From Candidatus Margulisiibacteriota bacterium (GTDB lineage Bacteria > Margulisbacteria > WOR-1 > O2-12-FULL-45-9), in contig JBDRHP010000042.1 in the NCBI GenBank assembly GCA_043816785.1, positions 1 through 15,016 on the forward strand: a stretch of 15,016 nucleotides of DNA, given 5' to 3'. Position 1 is the stretch's first letter. Each line of letters starts with the position of its first letter. The notes below the pieces were generated by a model. It saw nothing but the letters and a program-made list of their open reading frames with translations. It was not told the origin of the DNA and did not search any database. Shown here piece after piece: positions 7,219 through 14,908 of this stretch. The translations under genes were made by a program, and so were the position numbers.

Positions 7219-9208
7219 GATCCAATTTCCAGATATCAAAGCTGTGCGCTTCGCCTAATTCCTCTCCGCGAGTTCCATAGGTCATAGAATAATCTATATC
7301 CATACGAGCAATGTGCTCAAAAACCTCTTGGTGCTCAGCCAAGAATTGAACTTGGGTGTCCACATCTTCTGCAGCGTGTTTGTTAGCTAAATCACGCTGG
7401 ATAAGCAAGGCTTCTTTGGCCGCGTTTGCTACACTAAAATTAAGCTCTTCATTAATATGGCGAATATCTCTTAGTTTTTCCTGCGCATATTCAATGGCCA
7501 AGTTTCTTAAGGGCGTTACCCCTTCGCGCTGCCCGCCAGCTGCCAGCCTGCGATACTCTATCCTATGTCTTTCCCTGGCCTTTTCTATATCCGTTCGAGA
7601 TCTTTCCTTTTCGTGGATCAACCTTCTTACCTTGGCTAACAGGCTAATTAAATTTTCTATTCTCCCCTTGCAACGTTGAATGCCTACTTCAGTTTGCTCA
7701 TCAACTTCTAATGAATCCCTGGCCTCAACTGCTAATTGCCGCAAGTCCCCTGCCAATCTGGCAGAATTCATTATTTTTCGATTGGTTAAGGAATTCAGCA
7801 AAGATTCTGACAAGGTCCGCAAATCAGTATCGCGAACAAGGTTCTGGGCAATAATTGTCATTTGCAGCTCTTGCTTAGCAGCAATCAGCCTAAGCTGGTG
7901 CCCTAAATTAGTATTTAACCTAACCAGTTCACGAGATGAAATGCTGAGCATCATGCCGGCAAATTTTAAAAGGCGGTTTTCTGACTGTTGGTCCCTAGCT
8001 TTAGAAGCTGTGTTAACCAGCTCTAATGCCAATTTAAGCATTAGCCTTACTTTAAACTTTGGCCGAACAATCCCGTTCTCGTAATTTAAGAAGCTTTGGG
8101 CTAATCCTGAAATAAGCTGCGGGTAATCAATCTCACGTGCTTCAGGAGATCTTAGAATTTGAGCAAAACCTTCCAGCATGGCCCTAAAGTTTCCATTGAT
8201 TGAAATCTGCTCGGTAATACTATCCAGGATATGCTGCGCCCGCCTGATAACTTTTTCTGATTCAACCTGGTGATCAATAATCTTTTTTTGCATCACCGGC
8301 CCGATTTGACGAAAACCTCCTTGCGGAATAACCCAAATCCCATCTTCAGAAAAGGAGATTTTATAGCGCCTCTGGGCTAGGCGAACCAGTTCTTCTTCAA
8401 TGAGATTCTGAGGCGCAGGTATGCCAGAATGCCTTTCCTGCCGCACACGTTTTTCTTCCTGCGCTTCAATTTCTTCTTCAAGTCTGGCAGTTAGCGAGAC
8501 AAGCGCAGCGTTAGCAGCAGGATTATTAAAGTCCGCGAGCAAATCAGCTGCTTTGCTGATTCGCTGGCGGAATTCCACAATTGGGGTTGGGAAATCCGTA
8601 GACATTTCTCTTAAGAATTTTGCTATAGTAGCTACAATTGACCTGGATTCATGAAAGGCAGTGGGATTCTCTTCCTTCAGTGCGGCTGATTTTTGTTCCC
8701 CTGCCCGATAAAGCAAAACCCTTACCATCCAAAGGTCGTAATAAAGGGTTAAATTGCTTAACTCAAGGTCATTTTGAATTACTTCCCTATTTTCTCCGTG
8801 GAATGAACTTCGAAGTTCTTCCAAAACCCCATATTCTTCGAACTCCAAAGTAAGATCTCTATATCCCGGCTTCAGCTTAAGCCCTGCCCTGCGTAAATCT
8901 AAAACTCCATCTTTATCTATTAATCTAAAAACAAATCCCATCTCGCCCAAACGCTTAAAAACTTCGCGGTTTTGTATCTCCGGCAAACTTTTAGGCACAA
9001 CAATCTTATTGATCGGGATTGCCAGGCTTTCAAGGCGTAAGAGATTTTTTAGAAAAGCGCGGGTTTGACTGGGGTAATTTATAGCTTGGCGACGCAGGTT
9101 CAATTCCGAACCACGAGTAATTAGACTTCGGAGCCGATTATCTCTACGCAGAGCACTCATTACTCTTCGCACAGCTTGATATTGTCTTATTGCTATTGCT
9201 TCTGGCAT
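7196..9208 (-). CDS. Hypothetical protein, 670 aa, predicted all-alpha/coiled-coil
   Basis: Long uninterrupted ORF filling the gap between gatB and the radical SAM gene; L/E/R/A-rich; no motif recognised. Confidence 0.8.
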   Translation of the reverse strand: MPEAIAIRQYQAVRRVMSALRRDNRLRSLITRGSELNLRRQAINYPSQTRAFLKNLLRLESLAIPINKIVVPKSLPEIQNREVFKRLGEMGFVFRLIDKDGVLDLRRAGLKLKPGYRDLTLEFEEYGVLEELRSSFHGENREVIQNDLELSNLTLYYDLWMVRVLLYRAGEQKSAALKEENPTAFHESRSIVATIAKFLREMSTDFPTPIVEFRQRISKAADLLADFNNPAANAALVSLTARLEEEIEAQEEKRVRQERHSGIPAPQNLIEEELVRLAQRRYKISFSEDGIWVIPQGGFRQIGPVMQKKIIDHQVESEKVIRRAQHILDSITEQISINGNFRAMLEGFAQILRSPEAREIDYPQLISGLAQSFLNYENGIVRPKFKVRLMLKLALELVNTASKARDQQSENRLLKFAGMMLSISSRELVRLNTNLGHQLRLIAAKQELQMTIIAQNLVRDTDLRTLSESLLNSLTNRKIMNSARLAGDLRQLAVEARDSLEVDEQTEVGIQRCKGRIENLISLLAKVRRLIHEKERSRTDIEKARERHRIEYRRLAAGGQREGVTPLRNLAIEYAQEKLRDIRHINEELNFSVANAAKEALLIQRDLANKHAAEDVDTQVQFLAEHQEVFEHIARMDIDYSMTYGTRGEELGEAHSFDIWKLDLKTRPGA

Positions 9209-9231
9209 GCGCCATTTTCTCGGCCTATTTA

Positions 9232-9240
9232 TGTTATAAT
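9232..9240 (+). promoter_or_regulatory. Extended -10 (TGtTATAAT) for the radical SAM-rsmH-ftsL unit
   Basis: TGTTATAAT at 9232-9240, 9 nt before ATG 9250; no SD. Confidence 0.6.
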
Positions 9241-9249
9241 TTCATTATA

Positions 9250-9888
9250 ATGCAAGATATTTCCTATATTGTTGGAGATTCCCTATACCTCAACATCACC
9301 AACCGCTGCACCAATGAATGCAGCTTCTGCATCCGCAATAAAGCTAAGCTTTTTAATAAGAAATATGCCCTTTGGCTAGAACAGGAACCTTCAGCCCAAG
9401 AGATCCTCAAAGCTATTGGTGATCCCACAAAATACCAACAGATTGTCTTTTGCGGCTATGGCGAGCCATTAATTCGGCTGGATGTTGTTAAAAATGTAGC
9501 GGCGACCTTTAGGTCGCCAAAAAAATATGGAAGTCTAAAGACTTCCGCTACATTACCAAAAATTCGCATAGACACTAACGGCCAAGCAAATCTTTTCTGG
9601 GGAAGAAATATTCTTCCAGAGCTAAAAGGATTGATAAATATCATCTCGATTTCTTTGGACGCTGAAAATGCTGAGCTTTATGATCGGATCTGCCGGTCCC
9701 ATTATGGTCAAGAAGCTTATGCCGCAGTTATTGAGTTTATCAAAGAAGCAAAAAAATATATTCCAGAAGTTGAGGCCAGTGTGGTTGACCTGCCGGTAGT
9801 GGACAAAAAAGCCTGCAAAAAGATCGCGGATGACCTGGGCGTAGGTTTCCGGATCCGCTCTTATTATAAAGAAACCTATGTCAGATAA
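9250..9888 (+). CDS. Radical SAM protein, TatD-associated family
   Basis: LYLNITNRCTNECSFCIR (CxxxCxxC), LWLEQEPS, VFCGYGEPLIRLD, IRIDTNG and ISISLDA. Start moved to ATG 9250 (MQDISYIVGDSLYLNIT). Confidence 0.92.
   Translation: MQDISYIVGDSLYLNITNRCTNECSFCIRNKAKLFNKKYALWLEQEPSAQEILKAIGDPTKYQQIVFCGYGEPLIRLDVVKNVAATFRSPKKYGSLKTSATLPKIRIDTNGQANLFWGRNILPELKGLINIISISLDAENAELYDRICRSHYGQEAYAAVIEFIKEAKKYIPEVEASVVDLPVVDKKACKKIADDLGVGFRIRSYYKETYVR
9493..9554. repeat. GTAG-type REP doublet (REPIN-like), in frame in the radical SAM gene
   Basis: GTAGC-ggcgacct-tt-aggtcgcc (9496-9518) and, inverted, GTAGC-ggaagtct-tt-agacttcc (9551-9529). Outer arms are aatgtagcgg/ccgctacatt. Confidence 0.88.
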
Positions 9889-10753
9889 TGCTTATCACCA
9901 CATCCCTGTCCTGCTCAAGGAATCGATCGATCTGCTTAATGTCAAAGAAGGCGGAACATATGTGGACTGTACTTTGGGCGGCGGCGGACATGCTGAGGCA
10001 ATTCTAAAGGGATTAGGGGTTAGGGGCCAGGTGTTAGGGATTGATACTGATCTGGAAGCAATCGAGGCAGCAAAAAAACGATTGGCTGCCCACAAAAATA
10101 TCAAATTTGTCCATGACAATTTCAAGAACCTAAAAAAAATCCTGACAGAAAAAGTTGACGGGATTCTCCTTGACCTCGGGGTCTCTTCCTATCAGATCGA
10201 CCAGGCATCACGAGGCTTTAGTATCAGGGAAGACGGCCCGCTCGACATGAGGATGGACCAGTCACTAGCATTGACCGCAGAAACGATCATTAATCAATTT
10301 GGCCAGGAAGAGCTGGTAAAAATATTTTCAGAATACGGGGAAGAGCGATTTAGCAAAAGGATCGCCAAGGCGATTGTCGTGGGACGGGCAACTAGCAACA
10401 TCAAGACAACCTTCCAACTGAAGGAGATCATTGAAAAGGCCATCCCCACCTGGAAAAAGCGGGAATCAGTCAGCCGGATCTTTCAATCATTGCGAATTTT
10501 CATTAACCAGGAATTAGATAGTTTAAAAACCTTGTTAAATGACGCCGTAGACTGCTTGAATCCAGGCGGCCGCATTGTGGTTATCTCATATCATTCGCTT
10601 GAAGACCGGATCGTTAAACAAACTTTCAGGGCCGCTAAAGCCGACGGTAAGATGAATCTCCTGACAAAAAAACCTCTGCGGGCAACTGAAGATGAAATAT
10701 CTTCCAATCCCCGCGCCAAGAGTGCTAAACTAAGAGCGGGAGAAATAATATGA
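9878..10753 (+). CDS. rsmH: 16S rRNA m4C1402 methyltransferase RsmH (MraW)
   Basis: HIPVLL, DCTLGGGGHA, DLGVSSYQID, RGFS, PLDMRMD, ISYHSLEDRIVK and NPRAKSAKLR. Confidence 0.98.
   Translation: MSDNAYHHIPVLLKESIDLLNVKEGGTYVDCTLGGGGHAEAILKGLGVRGQVLGIDTDLEAIEAAKKRLAAHKNIKFVHDNFKNLKKILTEKVDGILLDLGVSSYQIDQASRGFSIREDGPLDMRMDQSLALTAETIINQFGQEELVKIFSEYGEERFSKRIAKAIVVGRATSNIKTTFQLKEIIEKAIPTWKKRESVSRIFQSLRIFINQELDSLKTLLNDAVDCLNPGGRIVVISYHSLEDRIVKQTFRAAKADGKMNLLTKKPLRATEDEISSNPRAKSAKLRAGEII
10008..10042 (+). repeat. Heptamer tandem repeat inside rsmH
   Basis: agggatt aggggtt aggggcc aggtgtt agggatt (5 x 7 nt); encodes GLGVRGQVLGI. Confidence 0.75.
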
Positions 10754-11031
10754 GGTTCAATTTCCGCAAGGCTGTCTTTATTCTGACAATTTTTGTTGTC
10801 CTGGCCGGCATTCACCTTTATATCAACACCCAGAACATCAGCTTGAAATATGAAGTGACTGATCTAAAGACCAAACTTTCTGAGCTCAAAAGCAAAAACA
10901 GGTTATTAGGCAGCCAAGTGGCAAAAAAAGAAAACTTACCAGAGATCGAGCAGATCGCTAAAAAGAAGTTAAATATGGTTTATCCGGAAAATATCAATTA
11001 CGTTGCGGCAACAAAAGAGGCAACGCCTTAA
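10750..11031 (+). CDS. ftsL: Cell division protein FtsL-like
   Basis: 93 aa with a single N-terminal TM, a coiled coil and IEQIAKKKLNMVYP; canonical position after rsmH with ATGA overlap. Confidence 0.8.
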   Translation: MRFNFRKAVFILTIFVVLAGIHLYINTQNISLKYEVTDLKTKLSELKSKNRLLGSQVAKKENLPEIEQIAKKKLNMVYPENINYVAATKEATP

Positions 11032-13360
11032 GCCCCAGGCTTTCCACCACCCCTTCACCAAAAGAGAAGTACAAGCTTGGTTCATGGTAAAAGATCAGCC
11101 TGGGTTCACCAACAATCTTGGCTTCCTCTTTTGCCAGGTCAACAGCGTCGGAAAAACTGCCTAATTGATCGATCAGCTTCAGGTCCAGCGCCTGATTGCC
11201 AGTATAGATCCTGCCTTGAGCCGCTGCCTCAACTTCAGCTGTTGCCAGGCCCCTGCCCTCAACCACTGCATTAATAAACTCATCATAACTTTCCTTTTGC
11301 AGCCGTTCGATGGCAAAAACTTCAACCGAGCTGAGCTGGCGCAGGCCGGAGAACATATCCGCGTGTTCGCCCTCCTTAACCACATCCGCCCGGGCATCAA
11401 ATTTTTCTAGCAGGTCTTTATAGATTGGCAGGTGACCAACAACCCCAATGCTGCCGGTAATGCTGGATTTATCCGCCACGATCTTGTCCGCTGCCGCGGC
11501 AATATAATAGCCGCCAGAAGCGCCGATGCTGCCAATTGAAGCAATAACAACTTTCTTCTTTTCCTTGGCATACTTAATTGCCTTGTAAATCTCACCTGAG
11601 GCAATGGCATCGCCTCCCGGGCTATCGATCCTTAAAATGATCGCTTTGACAAAGAGATCATCGCTGGCCTTGCGAATATATCGGCCAACCGTCTCAGAGC
11701 CAACATAGCGGCCGCCAAAGATAATGTTCTCCCCTCCCACCCCGGAAATAATCTCCCCATCGATCTCAATTACGGCCACACCGAAAACTCTGGCCAGGAA
11801 AGCTTCATCAGGCTGGATCTCCTTTGGCGCCACGATCTGAGCCTCTTCCTTCTCCTCACCCAAGATCTCGGCTGCCAGCTTGCGCGCATCCCTGTAGTAA
11901 CCAATATCATCAATCAAGCCCATTTGCTGCGCCAGGCGCGCGGGAAAGATCATCCCGTCACCGATCTCCTTGATCTCTTCCAGGCTCATCTGTCGATCCT
12001 TGGAAATATCAGTCAACATTTGACGATAAAGGTCCGCGACCAGATCTTTGACCATGGCTTCCTGCTCTGGAGTAAATTCGTCCTGGTAGGGATCAAAAGC
12101 AGCTTTATATTTACCCTGGGTAAAAACCTGCCATTCTATGCCCAGTTTTTTAAAGGCGCCTTTGATCCGCAGGATCTCAACGCTCTTGCCAAAGCCGCCA
12201 ATTGCCGCGCCCGGCGGGGCCACGATCTTATCAGCAAAGGCTGCCAAATAATATTCATCGCCCAAAGCGCCGCCTTCAATATAAGCCACGATCTTTTTGC
12301 CTTTATCTCTGGCGATCTTCAATTCCGCTCTGATTTCCTGAACAATGGCCATGCCCCCGAGACCGCCGCCAAAGCCGCCGACCCGCAGCATAATACCGTC
12401 AATGGAGCTGTCCTTGGCCGCCAGTCTTATCTCTGACAAGATCGAATCAAGTCCCGGCCGCAACCCGCCCAGAAAACTATATTCTGTGCGGCCGCCTTTG
12501 ATCGCTCCGCTAACATCAATTAAAGCGTACTCTTTGGGTTTGATAATGGAAAAAGGCCGGATGCGGCTTGGAATAACTTTTATCCCAGCTTCAAAACGAT
12601 GGGAAGCCTGGCCGCTGGCGCTGAACCGTGAAGCATAATCAAAAGAAAACAAAGCCAGATCAAGTGTTAAGCCGGCTGTGGGCTCGCCTCTGTCTATACC
12701 GCCCCGAATAGCAAGCCCTTTGGCAACGTTTGTTTCTATGCCAAAATGACCGTATCTTTGCGGGGTTTGATTGAACTCAAGGTCAGCAGCTAAAACTAAC
12801 ATTTTACCAAACGGGTGAAAACCAATTCCCAGCCTGCCGCCAGCCGGCATCAGCGAATTTTTACTCGTAAAAAGGTCCTGGGCCACTATTCCAACATCAA
12901 ACTGAGGTGTTATGCGCATCAGAAAGCCGATATCTGATGACCAGCCTTCAGCCGGAGTCCCGCCAATATCCCAACCAACACCTTTATAAGTCAGGCCCCA
13001 GCTTAGCCAGCCGCTGCGGTTGCCAAAGCCAACCGCGGTGACAGATACTTCATCAGTCCCGAGTTCGGTCTTCCAGCTGCCGTAGCCAACATAGCCCAGT
13101 TTTAAAAGCTCAAAAGTGCCGGTAATGTTTTTTTGCTCTGTATCCGGATTGCCAAAAGTATAAGCAAAGCCGGGTTTAGCCAAAGCAGCTGGATTGTAAA
13201 AAACCGCGCTGGCGTCATCCGCGATCGCCGTATAAGCGCCCCCCATGCCGTCTGCCCGCACACCAATGCCGCGCCTGAGAGCATAATCTTCAATACTCTG
13301 GGCCAGACAAGGGGAAATAAGTAAAAGAAAAACAAGGAAACAATTGAATAGCCTGGACAT
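10994..13360 (-). CDS. sppA: Signal peptide peptidase SppA (tandem S49 domains) fused to an N-terminal outer-membrane beta-barrel-like domain
   Basis: Signal peptide, then RADGMGGAYTAIADDASAVFYNPAALA (PorV/FadL-like N-terminal motif) and amphipathic strands. Two S49 domains follow, with YYLAAFAD and GKYKAA in the first and LRIDSPGG, ASGGYYIAAAADKI, ITGSIGV, GRIYTG and LIDQLG in the second. Confidence 0.92.
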   Translation of the reverse strand: MSRLFNCFLVFLLLISPCLAQSIEDYALRRGIGVRADGMGGAYTAIADDASAVFYNPAALAKPGFAYTFGNPDTEQKNITGTFELLKLGYVGYGSWKTELGTDEVSVTAVGFGNRSGWLSWGLTYKGVGWDIGGTPAEGWSSDIGFLMRITPQFDVGIVAQDLFTSKNSLMPAGGRLGIGFHPFGKMLVLAADLEFNQTPQRYGHFGIETNVAKGLAIRGGIDRGEPTAGLTLDLALFSFDYASRFSASGQASHRFEAGIKVIPSRIRPFSIIKPKEYALIDVSGAIKGGRTEYSFLGGLRPGLDSILSEIRLAAKDSSIDGIMLRVGGFGGGLGGMAIVQEIRAELKIARDKGKKIVAYIEGGALGDEYYLAAFADKIVAPPGAAIGGFGKSVEILRIKGAFKKLGIEWQVFTQGKYKAAFDPYQDEFTPEQEAMVKDLVADLYRQMLTDISKDRQMSLEEIKEIGDGMIFPARLAQQMGLIDDIGYYRDARKLAAEILGEEKEEAQIVAPKEIQPDEAFLARVFGVAVIEIDGEIISGVGGENIIFGGRYVGSETVGRYIRKASDDLFVKAIILRIDSPGGDAIASGEIYKAIKYAKEKKKVVIASIGSIGASGGYYIAAAADKIVADKSSITGSIGVVGHLPIYKDLLEKFDARADVVKEGEHADMFSGLRQLSSVEVFAIERLQKESYDEFINAVVEGRGLATAEVEAAAQGRIYTGNQALDLKLIDQLGSFSDAVDLAKEEAKIVGEPRLIFYHEPSLYFSFGEGVVESLGLKALPLLLPQRN

Positions 13361-13368
13361 AATGTTGT

Positions 13369-13397
13369 ATTATATACTTACAAAGAGGAGAAAACAA
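13369..13397 (-). promoter_or_regulatory. Sigma70-type promoter for sppA (probably leaderless)
   Basis: Minus strand TTGTTT (13397-13392) - 17 nt - TATAAT (13374-13369) - 8 nt - ATG 13360; no SD. Confidence 0.6.
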
Positions 13398-14831
13398 ATG
13401 ACTGTTCGAGTTCGCTTCGCACCAAGTCCAACTGGGGCATTACACATCGGCGGGGCCCGCACTGCCCTGTTCAACTGGCTGTTTGCCCGCAAACTGGGCG
13501 GCAAATTTATCCTGCGCATTGAAGATACTGACCAGCAGCGCTCAACCCTGGAAGCCAACCGGGCGATCTTTCATGGTTTAGAATGGCTTGGCCTGGATTG
13601 GGATGAAGGCCCCAATGTGGATGGCCCCCTGGGCCCTTATTATCAAACAGAAAGACTTGAGATCCATCAGAAACATATTGATCAACTCCTAAAAGAAGGC
13701 AAGGCCTATTATTGCTTCTGTTCGCCAGAAGAGCTGGAAAAGAAACGCCAAGAAGCAGCGGCGCGCAAAGAAGCGCCCCGCTATGACGGCACCTGCCGCA
13801 AACTCGCGGAAGCTGAAATAAAGCAGCTTGCAGAAAGTGGCAAACGCAAAGTTGTCCGCTTCCTCTTGCCGCCCACTGGCGATACTATAGTATCAGACCT
13901 GATTCGCGGGGAAGTGGTTTTTAAAAATGAGCTGCTAGACGATTTTGTTATCCAGAAATCAGACGGATTCCCGACTTACAACTTTGCCTGTGTAATTGAT
14001 GACCATACCATGGAGATCACCCACGTTATCCGTGGCGACGACCATCTTTCCAACACCCCGCGGCAGATATTGCTTTATCTGGCCTTTGGCTGGCAGCCGC
14101 CCAAATTTGCCCATATCCCAATGATCTTAGGCAAAGATAAAGCCAGATTATCAAAACGGCACGGAGCAACTTCGGTCATAGCCTATAGTGACATCGGCTA
14201 CCTGCCCGAGGCGGTGCTTAACTATATTGCCCGGCTAGGCTGGGCCCACGGCGATCAGGAAATTTTCAGCCGGGAAGAATTGATCGAGAAATTTTCACTT
14301 AAAGGCGTTTCCAAGAGCTCCGCGATCTTTGACACGGACAAACTCAATTGGTTAAACGGCAAATATATCAGGGAAATTCTTCCGGAAAGATTAATTGATC
14401 TTTGCGAGCCCTTGTTGATCGAAGCTTACGGCAACCATGATCTGGAATATATTAAGAAGGTGGTCTTAGCCTTTCACGATCGCTTGACGCTTATCCCTGA
14501 GATTGTCCCGCTGTCAAAATTTTTCTTCACTGATGATTTTGAATATGATCAAAAAGCACTAGAAAAACACTTTAAAACCGTGAATGCCAAAAAGATCATG
14601 GAAACACTAAAGGAAAGATTGGCTAAGGTTGAACCTTTTACTAAAGATAAAATCGAACCGGTTTTTAAAGGTCTGGCCCAAGAAATGGATTTAAAACTGG
14701 GAATGATCATCCACCCCTGCCGCCTGGCCTTAACCGGCACTCTTCAATCTCCGCCAATGTATGATGTGGTGGAAATTTTGGGGAAAAAGAAAGTTGAAGA
14801 GAGAATTGAGCGGGCGATCGCAAGTCTATAA
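13398..14831 (+). CDS. gltX: Glutamate--tRNA ligase
   Basis: VRFAPSPTGALHIGGARTAL (HIGH-like), LRIEDTD, HVIRGDDH, RLSKRHG (KMSKS-like) and a C-terminal anticodon domain. Start moved to ATG 13398, which follows SD GAGGAG. Confidence 0.98.
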   Translation: MTVRVRFAPSPTGALHIGGARTALFNWLFARKLGGKFILRIEDTDQQRSTLEANRAIFHGLEWLGLDWDEGPNVDGPLGPYYQTERLEIHQKHIDQLLKEGKAYYCFCSPEELEKKRQEAAARKEAPRYDGTCRKLAEAEIKQLAESGKRKVVRFLLPPTGDTIVSDLIRGEVVFKNELLDDFVIQKSDGFPTYNFACVIDDHTMEITHVIRGDDHLSNTPRQILLYLAFGWQPPKFAHIPMILGKDKARLSKRHGATSVIAYSDIGYLPEAVLNYIARLGWAHGDQEIFSREELIEKFSLKGVSKSSAIFDTDKLNWLNGKYIREILPERLIDLCEPLLIEAYGNHDLEYIKKVVLAFHDRLTLIPEIVPLSKFFFTDDFEYDQKALEKHFKTVNAKKIMETLKERLAKVEPFTKDKIEPVFKGLAQEMDLKLGMIIHPCRLALTGTLQSPPMYDVVEILGKKKVEERIERAIASL

Positions 14832-14908
14832 CCCTCATCCCAACTTGTAGATTAATGCTAACTTTTTCCTTCATACCCTTCTCCCAAAGGAGGGTGTCCA
14901 ATAACACT

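Noticed and set aside
7356..8853. Short plus-strand ORFs opposite the 670-aa gene, and other short antisense or alternate-frame ORFs within tsaD, gatA, gatB, rsmH, sppA and gltX
   Set aside because: They lie within longer or well-supported genes and show no motifs or translation signals.
10376..10403. Possible degenerate heptamers in rsmH (gtcgtgg gacgggc aactagc aacatca; VVGRATSNI)
   Set aside because: Unit identity is too low to distinguish from chance, though it is worth rechecking if a period-7 scan is run.
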